Positions 32,661-41,972 of a DNA stretch of 64,000 nt are shown piece after piece (the first letter of the stretch is position 1; the number at the start of each line of letters is the position of its first letter). The notes under the pieces are model-generated. The model ran no database searches. It was not told the DNA's origin and saw only the letters and a list, made by a program, of their open reading frames with translations. Location: contig CAVUDP010000002.1 in the NCBI GenBank assembly GCA_963740315.1, forward strand, positions 2,592,001 to 2,656,000, given 5' to 3'. The DNA comes from an uncultured cyanobacterium. Its GTDB lineage: Bacteria; Cyanobacteriota; Cyanobacteriia; Cyanobacteriales; Nostocaceae. Position numbers and translations under genes: made by a program.

Positions 32661-35600
32661 CTACCCCACATTTGCTAATTGCTGCTGGTTCAAATAGTAG
32701 TAATGTCCTTTTTGGGCGATTAATTCGTCGTGAGTACCGCTTTCAATCAATATGCCTTTGTCTAAAACTAAGATTAAATCGGCATTACGTACTGTAGAAA
32801 GACGGTGAGCAATAATTAAACTAGTACGCCCTTTAAGAATTGTTTTTAAATTGTTTTGAATTATGCGTTCGGTTTCAGCATCCAAACTACTGGTTGCTTC
32901 GTCAAATATTAGCAATTGAGGATTACCCAACAAAGCACGGGCAATTACTAAGCGTTGGCGCTGTCCTCCAGATAACATTCCCCCAGCTTCACCGATTTCG
33001 TTTTCGTAACCCATCGGTAATTGCTGGATAAATTCATCGGCTCCAGCCAAACGCGCTGCTTCTGTAATTTGTTCTAAAGCAGCTTCAGGATGAGCAACAC
33101 TAATGTTTTCGCGGATAGTGCCGCCAAATAAGAAAGTATTTTGATCTACTACACCTACTTGACGACGCAAAGATTTTAAGGAAATTTTAGATACATCTTG
33201 ACCATCAATCAAGACTTTTCCATCCGTCGGAGGATATAAACCCAACATCAGTTTTGACAGGGTAGTTTTTCCAGAGCCGCTACGCCCAACTACTGCGATC
33301 GTTTGCTCTGGTAGAATTTCAAAGCTGAGATTTTCTAAAACGTTAATTTCGCTTTCTGGATGATAGCGGAATGTAACATTATCAAAGCGAATATGTCCGC
33401 GAAGTTTAGATATATGTCTGCGGGGGGATGCGAGTAAATTTTCTTCCGGTTCGGCTTCTAAGACATCGTTAATGCGTTCGGTAGAAATTATAATTTCCTG
33501 GAATTGATTCCATACTCCCGAAAGTCGCTTGAAAGGACTGATAACATTGCCTTTCAACATATTGAAAGCAATTAACTGTCCGATGGTGAGTTGGTTATCA
33601 ATTACCAAATAAGCGCCAAACCACAACAATGCCGTACTGCTGATGGTATCGATGCTGCCGCTAATAATTTGCAAGCGAGTACCAATTATCTGCGCTCGAA
33701 AGCTTTTTTTAATGACATTATTTAACAATTCCTCCCATTTCCAACGCACTGTATGTTCGATCGCCATACTCCGCACCGAACGAATACCCGTCAGCGATTG
33801 AATTAAATAGCTATTTTGTTCGGCACTAGCGTTAAAAATCTCTCTCGACATTTTGCGGAGAATGCTGGTACTCGCAAATGCCAAAATAAAAAATGGCGGC
33901 ACTATCAAAAGTACTAACAGTGTTAGCTGCCAGTTGTACCAAAACATCACGGCTAAATAAACAACTATCGTAATTAAATCGAGAATTATCGAAAGTGTTT
34001 CGCCAGTCAGAAAACTCTGAATCTTGCTATTTTCTTGAATCCGGGAAGTTATATCGCCGACGTAACGCGACTCAAAGTAAGACAGAGGCAAGCTAAAAGT
34101 ATGTTTGAGAAACCCTACGAGCATCGCAACGCTAATCCGGTTGGCAGTGTGAAATAATAAATATTGCCGCACCGCACTAACCGCGATACTGAAGAAACCA
34201 AAGATTAATAACCCCAAACCGATGGCATTTAGAGTAGATATACTACCTTGGACAATTACTTTGTCTAATAACATCTGCGTAAATAGCGGCGTTATCAAAC
34301 CAAATACTTGCAGTAATATCGAAGCCATGAATACTTCAAACAGTATCTTAGAATGGGGTTTAATTAATTCATAAAACCTCCAAACGCTTCCTGTCTCTTC
34401 TTTCGTTTCTTTTAGACCAAGTGTCGGTTGTAACAGCAATGCATAACCAGTCCACTTTTCTTTAAACTCACCATGAGGAATTTTACGCTGTCCGATCGCA
34501 GGATCGCAAACTATGACGTGTTTTCGATCGATCTCGTAGACAACGATGTAATGGTTGCCTTCCCAGTGAACGATTGCCGGTAAAGACTGTTCCCCCAACT
34601 TATCAAAGCTAGCTTTCACGGGTTTGCTGGCGAAGCCGATACTTTCAGCAGCAGCAGCCAAACTCCGTAAAGATGCGCCGTTGCGGCTAACATTGGCGAT
34701 ATCCCGCACCCGATTCACAGCTAACCGTTTACCCCAATGTCTGGCAATCATTACCAAACAAGCGCAGCCGCAATCGGAAGCGCTTTGTTGAGCATAAAAA
34801 GGATATTGCTTGCTGAAGTTTTCCCATACCTGCTTCGCCCTAACTTTGGGGCTGGGGAAGTAAGGTTTTGTTTTTTGCTTTTGGGTTGAAGGGGAAGGGA
34901 ATGGAATAATTTTGCGATCGCTCGAATGCCGCTCGGTTTGAGGGAATATCTTATTAATCTGTTTCCTAGAGCGAACTTCACGGGGAGAGATTTGCTCTGA
35001 TGGGTTAATCCACCTTACCAACTCATTCCACTCTTCAAGAGCTACTTGTAAATTAGAACTCTTGAGACTATAGACAATAGTTGGTTGAGTTACTTCCCAT
35101 TTCCCATTGGTATCTGTATAGATATTCCCTGGAGTCATCCGATTTGCATCATTTTTTAATTCCCCTTGTCGCAACAGCAGTAATTGATTATCTTCAAATA
35201 CCTCAAGAGTGCTTTCCCCAGGCACAAAACGGTACCGCTCAAATAAACAGACAGCTTTGAATATTTCTTCTGTAGAGCAACTGCGCGAGATTTGAGAATT
35301 CTGACGACACAGCAGCAAGACATCCCAAAATTCCGCACGTCTGTAAAGGCTCACGCGAATTTGAGGATGCTTTTCCATTAACTCATATAACGCTTCACCG
35401 CTGATAAAACAAAGTTTTAAGGAAGTTGAAGCCCTTGCAGCCAAATTAATAAAATTATCTTCGCCGAATAAACTCTGCTCGCCAAAGGATGCACCGCTTT
35501 CAACAGTTGCGATTAAATTATCCAAACCATCCAAAAGTCTAGCTTTACCCGCAAGCACAATATAAATACCAGGTTTTGCTTCAGGCGATCGCCAAAATAG

Positions 35601-35726
35601 TTTTGCGGCTTTTGGTTCGATTATTTCTACATCCTTCAAGCAGCCTTGTATCTCTGGCTCTGTAAGGCTTGCATCCAAAGTCGCGATGATTTCGAGGCAC
35701 AGCTTTTGGGATAATACATTTTGCAT
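32661..35726 (-). CDS. Peptidase-containing ABC exporter (cNMP-binding + C39 peptidase + TMD + NBD)
   Basis: QQSASDCG, HWEGNHY, DPA; Walker [22 protein letters not shown] and AHRL are all intact. Confidence 0.95.
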   Translation of the reverse strand: MQNVLSQKLCLEIIATLDASLTEPEIQGCLKDVEIIEPKAAKLFWRSPEAKPGIYIVLAGKARLLDGLDNLIATVESGASFGEQSLFGEDNFINLAARASTSLKLCFISGEALYELMEKHPQIRVSLYRRAEFWDVLLLCRQNSQISRSCSTEEIFKAVCLFERYRFVPGESTLEVFEDNQLLLLRQGELKNDANRMTPGNIYTDTNGKWEVTQPTIVYSLKSSNLQVALEEWNELVRWINPSEQISPREVRSRKQINKIFPQTERHSSDRKIIPFPSPSTQKQKTKPYFPSPKVRAKQVWENFSKQYPFYAQQSASDCGCACLVMIARHWGKRLAVNRVRDIANVSRNGASLRSLAAAAESIGFASKPVKASFDKLGEQSLPAIVHWEGNHYIVVYEIDRKHVIVCDPAIGQRKIPHGEFKEKWTGYALLLQPTLGLKETKEETGSVWRFYELIKPHSKILFEVFMASILLQVFGLITPLFTQMLLDKVIVQGSISTLNAIGLGLLIFGFFSIAVSAVRQYLLFHTANRISVAMLVGFLKHTFSLPLSYFESRYVGDITSRIQENSKIQSFLTGETLSIILDLITIVVYLAVMFWYNWQLTLLVLLIVPPFFILAFASTSILRKMSREIFNASAEQNSYLIQSLTGIRSVRSMAIEHTVRWKWEELLNNVIKKSFRAQIIGTRLQIISGSIDTISSTALLWFGAYLVIDNQLTIGQLIAFNMLKGNVISPFKRLSGVWNQFQEIIISTERINDVLEAEPEENLLASPRRHISKLRGHIRFDNVTFRYHPESEINVLENLSFEILPEQTIAVVGRSGSGKTTLSKLMLGLYPPTDGKVLIDGQDVSKISLKSLRRQVGVVDQNTFLFGGTIRENISVAHPEAALEQITEAARLAGADEFIQQLPMGYENEIGEAGGMLSGGQRQRLVIARALLGNPQLLIFDEATSSLDAETERIIQNNLKTILKGRTSLIIAHRLSTVRNADLILVLDKGILIESGTHDELIAQKGHYYYLNQQQLANVG

Positions 35727-35731
35727 TATTC

Positions 35732-36166
35732 CTATACCTCTGCTGCTTTAATTGTGAGTCTGTAAGAATTTAAATGACTGATGGAGATACTAAGCGATTT
35801 ATTTGCTTGCAGCTCCAAATTGCTACTAAACGAAGCCAACATTTTCTTTAGTCGCCGAATATACTCACTCCTTAGCATTTTGAATCTACCAGTTAAAGGT
35901 TGATACCATTCATAAAATAGAGTAGCACGCGCTAAAACATTCCAATAAAGCGATTTTTGCTGAAAAAATGCTAATTTTAGACGGATTTGACCATGAAACC
36001 TATTCATACCCGCCAGCAACATCATTTCAAATTGCCAAAAACGTCTTAACAACGAAGCGGCTGGTAAGATTTTTCTCGGTTTTTTTACCTTAAAAATACT
36101 TAGTATTAAGCATTGCGCGGAATTATATCCCGCAAAAAGTTGTACGAAACCAAATTGATGTGACAT
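35732..36166 (-). CDS. Strongly diverged IS630-like helix-turn-helix protein (possibly decaying)
   Basis: EMMLLAGM...QI...YW...W..P.GR....EYIRRLKKML resembles, from memory, the HTH protein found upstream of cyanobacterial C39 exporters. Its stop lies 5 nt before the exporter ATG. Confidence 0.45.
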   Translation of the reverse strand: MSHQFGFVQLFAGYNSAQCLILSIFKVKKPRKILPAASLLRRFWQFEMMLLAGMNRFHGQIRLKLAFFQQKSLYWNVLARATLFYEWYQPLTGRFKMLRSEYIRRLKKMLASFSSNLELQANKSLSISISHLNSYRLTIKAAEV

Positions 36167-36194
36167 AATTTTATAGGTTGCCGTTAATGGTGAC

Positions 36195-36275
36195 GCATTG
36201 CTGTAGGTTAAAGCCCCGCCAAGGTTCTACAGCTTTGATTAATTAGCCTTACTAGCTAGTTTGTCTGCAATGTGC
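36195..36275 (-). ncRNA. c-di-GMP-I (GEMM-I) riboswitch-like three-way-junction RNA, variant or degenerate
   Basis: Minus strand: CAUUGC-A-GACAAAC-UAGCU(AGUAA)GGCUA-AUUAAUCAAAGCUGUAG...CUACAGC-AAUG, ending about 30 nt before the ATG at 36166. Confidence 0.35.
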
Positions 36276-38035
36276 AACTAACCTTGGGAGCTTTTCCCCT
36301 AGCCGTACAAAAGTCTAGGGGAATTATCCTTGGGTTGTTACTATGGAGTATCATAAACTTTTTTCCTCAAATAAATCTCCTTGTTATAAGTAATAAATTG
36401 GCAGATGAAAGAATTTTTCGTAATGCATAGAAATTGCTGCATTAATGCTTCGGCTGACTATCTTTATTATTAAACTTTATCCTCAGAACTTTTTCTCTTA
36501 TAATTTAACCAAAAAAAAAGCTTGTAATTATTAAAAGCTGTTAAGTTAACTTTTAATAAGAAGGCTCTTAACCCTTATCTTCCAGTTTTTCTTCAGATTA
36601 AATTTAGCAATCTTAACCATTTCAACCTCCCCTACATTATTATGGATACTATTTTTTTCGTTTATGCACTATTTGATAATTTGCTCAAATTCTCTTCTAT
36701 ACCAATCTGTAAACAAAGTCTGATATCTATATTTCACAGACTAAGTTAATTTTCAGAGTTGCGAATAAAACTTAACTTTGGTTAAGAAATAGTTATCAAA
36801 TATCCAAAAAGCCACTACGAAGAACTAGTAAATAGCTCGATCGTAGTTAACTACAATCGTAGACATTCAATTAATACAAAATCAGCTATAGATTGCCATC
36901 AAGCTACTTCAGGCATTTACATCCATTGTTTCTGACTATCAGGAAAGACAGCAGGTTTGCAAATAAATGTGAAATTACATTCACATTTTACTTTACTTCT
37001 ACTGAATTTCAAATACGATTAGTCAAAGTTAAAACGCTACAAATGTAAGCAATTTATTTTTTCTGGATGCTATACATTTTATACCGCAAAGCAATGTTTT
37101 TATTAGATGACGATAAAATTTACAAATATTTACGGTTTGAAGCCATAAATATGCGCCATCTATAGATTAAGGAAAATGAGTCTTTACTAAAGCCTGTCAA
37201 TAGAGATTATATGTTTCATGACCTACTATCATTAGCGAACTGCGTAAAAAACAGTTTTTTCACTTAATAGTAGTTTTTCGCACCTTTTATGAAACCAAGA
37301 TACTTTTAATAAATTATCAAACCTCATGTCAAGAGTTTATCATCAAAAATAGCAGTCATCATAAAGAAAACACAGTATCTTCACAAAAACTTTAAAATAC
37401 AGCCATTTTTTACCGAAAACTAAGCGGCTGGCTTCGCTAATTAATTACTTGAATTATAAAAACAATAGACAATAAATTAGATAAATACTTATAACTAATT
37501 TCCAAAATCGATAGACTAAAATAATGTTTATTTTATTCTGGTCAGATAAAAATGAGATCAATTTCTATATTATTGACATCTGTCAAAAGTAAGAATATCC
37601 GAAATTCAAATCATATCGTAACTTACATCTGCCATAAGTAGTAAGTTAGCGAAAGTTATCAAAAATCCTTTTAGCTAGTTTTGTATGTATTTATATAAAT
37701 ATACGAAAAGTAAGTTTTGTCCTATTGATTAATATCTATACTTGTCATCACAAAATACTTCATATATATATACAATCGCTTATGAGATTTTTGAGGCTGC
37801 ATTATATACTTTTTTCCCATCAAAATGCAGATGTATAAAATGTATTGCATATATACATTAAATAAAACTGTAGTCTAAATTTCAAAGTGTATTTATGCAA
37901 CGTTTACCTAATTCTAGTTTTTCTAAATTAGTATTATTGCTTAAGCGGTTGTATTTTAATAATCCCAACTGCGATCGCTAATTTACTAACCCCGCTAAGC
38001 TGTCGCCAGCCTGTTTGATTTCTGTTTTTAATACA

Positions 38036-38320
38036 TCAGAGTCTTTTTTTCACGATTAAGTCATCGTGAGTTCCCCTTTCTATTAATATTCCTTTATCTA
38101 AAACTAGGATTAAATCAGCATTGCGTACTGTAGAAAGACGATGGGCAATAATCAGGCTAGTACGTCCTTTCAAAATAGTCTTAAGATTATTCTGAATAAT
38201 CCTTTCCGATTCAGCATCTAAACTGCTAGTAGCTTCATCAAAAATCAATAACCTGGGATTACCTACTAAAGCACGAGCGTAAGCGAGCAATTAAGCTGTT
38301 TTAGCCTTCTTCCGCCTAAT
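38036..38320 (-). pseudogene. 3' remnant of a second C39-type ABC exporter (NBD C-terminus)
   Basis: [21 protein letters not shown]...[13 protein letters not shown] is nearly identical in protein to the end of 32661-35726. A frameshifted LGGRRLKQL/IAR signature remnant lies upstream; there is no Walker A or TMD. Confidence 0.85.
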
Positions 38321-38573
38321 AGTAAATTTACTTATGTCTTGTCGAGATTTTGTGAGCGAAGAAAAATTTTTACAGTAAGTTTATCATCATGAGGATTAGA
38401 CTTTACTAAGTCTCGCCTTGGCTGGATTTTAGAAGTTATGTGAACGAAAAAATTAACTTTGAAGATAATGCCAAATAAATACAGTGCTTAATTAATTTTT
38501 GTTAAAAATATATATTAATAAAAAGTAACAAGACTTAAATAACTGCTCGCCATCGAAATAGGTTTGACTTACT

Positions 38574-39323
38574 TCATGTTGTGCTAAGCTCAAAATTGTA
38601 ATACATATAATCCACTTCAGTATCTAACCATTGTTGAAACATATTATAAAGAATTTCTTCGTATCGCTTGGGTGTTAGTTCTGCGGGTATATAATCTTCA
38701 ACTATAAACAAATGATACCCATATTCGGTTTTTATCGGACCAACTAGTTGTTTTAGTGGCGCACTAAATACAAGATTTGCAATTTCTGGTAAGATAGCCC
38801 ATCGGTAAACTGTTCCTTCGTATCCACATTTATATCTACGTTTCTCATCAATATCATGAACGCGAGCTGCTTGGTAAAAGCTGATTTCACATTCTTCAAT
38901 CTGATAGTACAATTCTTGAGCTAACTTTTCATACTTTACAACAAATTGATATAGCACAACTTGCTCAAACTCCAAGCGATTTTGGAGAAAAAACTGTTCT
39001 GCTTCCTTTGCAAATAATGAAACGGCTAACTTTTTTCTCAGCAAACGGCTGCGAATTCCCATTTCCCAATCTAAGGGAGCTAGCATTTGTTGCTCAAGCC
39101 ATCTAACTGTATCGCTAGCTTTTTCCAAACGCTTTTCTCTTCGTTGACGGTTTGCTTCAATCTCAATTTCTTCTGTTGTAACGTTTATACCTTTTTCTTG
39201 AGCCGCTTTTTCAATTAGCCTTTGATATAAAATATGGATACATATTTCTTTTAATTTGATTTCGCTTTTGAGATAGTTAACAATTTCTTCCGGTTCCATA
39301 ACTAATTTTGAAGGGTTATTCAT
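38574..39323 (-). CDS. Parvulin-type peptidylprolyl isomerase (paralogue of 29953-30735)
   Basis: ISFYQAARVHDID...CGYEG...VFSAP...VGPIKTEYGYHLF. Confidence 0.88.
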   Translation of the reverse strand: MNNPSKLVMEPEEIVNYLKSEIKLKEICIHILYQRLIEKAAQEKGINVTTEEIEIEANRQRREKRLEKASDTVRWLEQQMLAPLDWEMGIRSRLLRKKLAVSLFAKEAEQFFLQNRLEFEQVVLYQFVVKYEKLAQELYYQIEECEISFYQAARVHDIDEKRRYKCGYEGTVYRWAILPEIANLVFSAPLKQLVGPIKTEYGYHLFIVEDYIPAELTPKRYEEILYNMFQQWLDTEVDYMYYNFELSTT

Positions 39324-39996
39324 AAGTAATTGTTATAAGAATAAATGACGACACATAGTTTTGAGTTTTATAATAAATATAAGATTTTATATAGATGCTT
39401 TAAGTAATAACCCCATATAATTAAGCAATATAGAAGACTTGCGTTCAAAGTTAAGTAAAATCACTTTGTCACATAAATTTTGTTATTAGTGCCAATATCT
39501 GAATTTTACTAAATGCTCGAACTCAAAGTAAACATACTGCCTTATAATCGCGGCTCATCCTGTATCAGATGCTTCATTTTATCAAGTTTCCTGAATAAAT
39601 TAGTTAATAGCTGTTATAAAAATAGCTTCTCTCAAGTTTGTATCTCAAATTAAAAGAATAACAATTGTAGAAAATACTGAAATATATATATAAATATAAT
39701 TTGATTAATGTTAAAGTTCGTGTGGTGCAGCCATAATTACTACTTTAGATAGGGAACACCGGAATTTGGAACAGGGAATAGAAAATAAATATACTGAGTT
39801 TTTAAGCGTTTCGGGGATATTACGCTCTCCTTAGTTCAATTCCTATGTAGAAATCCGGTTTAATTGTTAAAGAAAATTAGGTATTGGCAGGAGATGCAAA
39901 AAAACCTATAGATATTTCTCTTGCTTGATAACCGTTATTTTAACGTGCAGCGCTGTCGCGAATATACCCGGCGTAGCGCCTAAGTCGATAATACCG

Positions 39997-40032
39997 AAAA
40001 AAACTGGAAGCTAATTATTCTTAGCTTCCAGT
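39997..40032 (-). terminator. Intrinsic terminator with no identified upstream gene
   Basis: 12-bp perfect stem ACTGGAAGCTAA/TTAGCTTCCAGT with a U-tract on the minus strand. Confidence 0.65.
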
Positions 40033-40905
40033 AATTGAGAGTATAAATTATCAGTATATTTCAGGAGAAATAATCCACCAAAAGTAGGATTGCTATAATC
40101 ACCGTTCACCCTCATAACTAAGGCTCAGGTGTAATTTATCACTTAAATTAAGGATATAGACATAAATCTTTTGATTGATAAAAATGTTTCAATTGTTACG
40201 TATTCATTTTCCGCCAAGCTAATAAGTTTTAAAACTTTTTCGCTTTAGTTTAAGGAAGTTTTGTAATAGCTTTCATGCTTTGCCGGGGGAGGTAAAAGCA
40301 TAATTAAATTAGATTGGGGAAATTCGCCGCTCTAAATTCGCTTCGGCTTCCTTGAAAAAAGAACCACCATAGTAACTCTAAACCATAGATATCAGCCAAT
40401 AAGTTATGTGCCCCGATATTTGATTGCCTGCTCAATCAAATTAATTTGTTTTAGTTTAAAAATTAATCATTGTTTTTACCTCACTTTTTAGACTTATTTT
40501 TAACCACTTTTATTGTTGCTATTTATAATTTAGTGTATAAAAAAGGATATTATTTGCCAAAATGGCATATTTATTTCAAAGTAATTATGAATCAATATCT
40601 ACAAAAAACTAGTTATTTACAAAATATATATATATTAAAATTACTTTCAAATATCTATCTTTAGATGGTAGTAACAAATCGTTCGTGTATAGTAAAAACT
40701 CTATTTTTTTTGTCGTTCCATTCTCATCAATTTAGACCAGAATATTTTCCCAAACTACAATACTGCGGCTGTTAAAGAACAAATATTTTTTTCTCATAGT
40801 CTGTCTCATTAGCGATCGCGAATGTTCAGCGAGTGAGGGACATAAAGGGATCGTCAGTTAGATCGAACCTGGCGGATCGACACCTATCAACTGATTCCCC
40901 GTCCC

Positions 40906-41031
40906 CTAGTAGTTGATTGCATTAATTCTGATAGGTTTGTAGTAAGGGCATCGGTTCCCCAAATCCGGAGCGAAGAGTGCGCTTACTACGAACCTTTTTT
41001 ACCTATCAAAACTAATGGGACAAAGCACTAG
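40906..41031. mobile_element. MITE-like inverted-repeat element bounded by CTAG
   Basis: CTAGT...ATTAATTCTGATAGG / CCTATCAAAACTAAT...ACTAG imperfect TIRs, inner GGTTTGTAGTAAG/CTTACTACGAACC; partial copy at 14179. Confidence 0.65.
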
Positions 41032-41241
41032 CTACGAGTTATTTATAAATCAAAACGTAGCCCTATATGTTTGTTGCATAAGTCCTAACTATAATTAAAC
41101 TCTTATTTTATTAAAATCTTGATATTTATTGTTTGAATTTGAAAAGAAGAGTGCTATAATATAGAACCCTACAAAAAAAACAATTCAAGCTCTAAAGATT
41201 TTATGAAGTAAAACCGATCGCTTCTACTCGTATCTAATAGT

Positions 41242-41273
41242 AAAACCTGTCATACAGATAATTATGACAGGTT
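41242..41273 (-). terminator. Probable terminator after hetP
   Basis: AACCTGTCATA-loop-TATGACAGGTT hairpin with a short U-tract on the minus strand. Confidence 0.55.
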
Positions 41274-41327
41274 ATAGATAACGGTTAGGAATGCTGAAAA
41301 AATATTCTCAGCATACAGATTAAGTTT

Positions 41328-41798
41328 TTAATTAAACTCACAAAAGTTAAAAGAAAAGTCTCGCTTTTCTTCGGGCTTGAAATCGGACTTCATTGATTGA
41401 TACTCGCGAACTTGAGTTTCAAGCCATCTGTCAAGATTCGCGCCGCCACGAATTTCTGTTTTCTGTTTGCCAACTACTTCCAGATAAGCTAAGTCTTTAA
41501 TTTTATTTAAACAACTTGGCGACATATTGCTATCTTTTCTTTTGTTAGGAGTTTGCTTGGCTATCTTGATATTTTCATTCTGTTGCGGTTTTGATTTTTT
41601 AGGAGAATGTTCTTTAATCAATCTGTTGTAAGTGCGGTAGGGAATGTAATGTAGAGGATTGTAACCAGCAAAACGAAGCATCAAAACACAAGCCCAAGAA
41701 TACTTCCCCGCTAGAATTGCCTCAACTACTTGATCGAATTGTTCGGTATGTATTGTCTTATCTAAATTGCCACTAATGCCTATTGCGTCTTGATTCAT
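41328..41798 (-). CDS. hetP: Heterocyst commitment protein HetP
   Basis: [42 protein letters not shown] core plus KIKDLAYLE...GG; lies downstream of hetC. Confidence 0.92.
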   Translation of the reverse strand: MNQDAIGISGNLDKTIHTEQFDQVVEAILAGKYSWACVLMLRFAGYNPLHYIPYRTYNRLIKEHSPKKSKPQQNENIKIAKQTPNKRKDSNMSPSCLNKIKDLAYLEVVGKQKTEIRGGANLDRWLETQVREYQSMKSDFKPEEKRDFSFNFCEFN

Positions 41799-41972
41799 GG
41801 TGTTGGTTGTCTTGAATTAACTAAAAGCCTCTAGACGGTTATTTGCGAAGAAAGATAATTATGCCTCAGTTTCATTGTTGTTAAAGGAGCATCCGAACAA
41901 AAATTTGGTGACTTATAATGAATGCATCAACTGTATTATTTGCGATTAATAAGACAGTTTGCTTGTTATTAG

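Noticed and set aside
36256..36354. 32-aa ORF MILHSNNPRIIPLDF... with a GAGG SD in the exporter leader
   Set aside because: It has no homology cue and overlaps the predicted RNA structure; it cannot be supported as a gene.
40140..40470. Faint IS630/HTH-like remnant on the minus strand
   Set aside because: Multiple stops are present and the similarity is too weak to call by eye.
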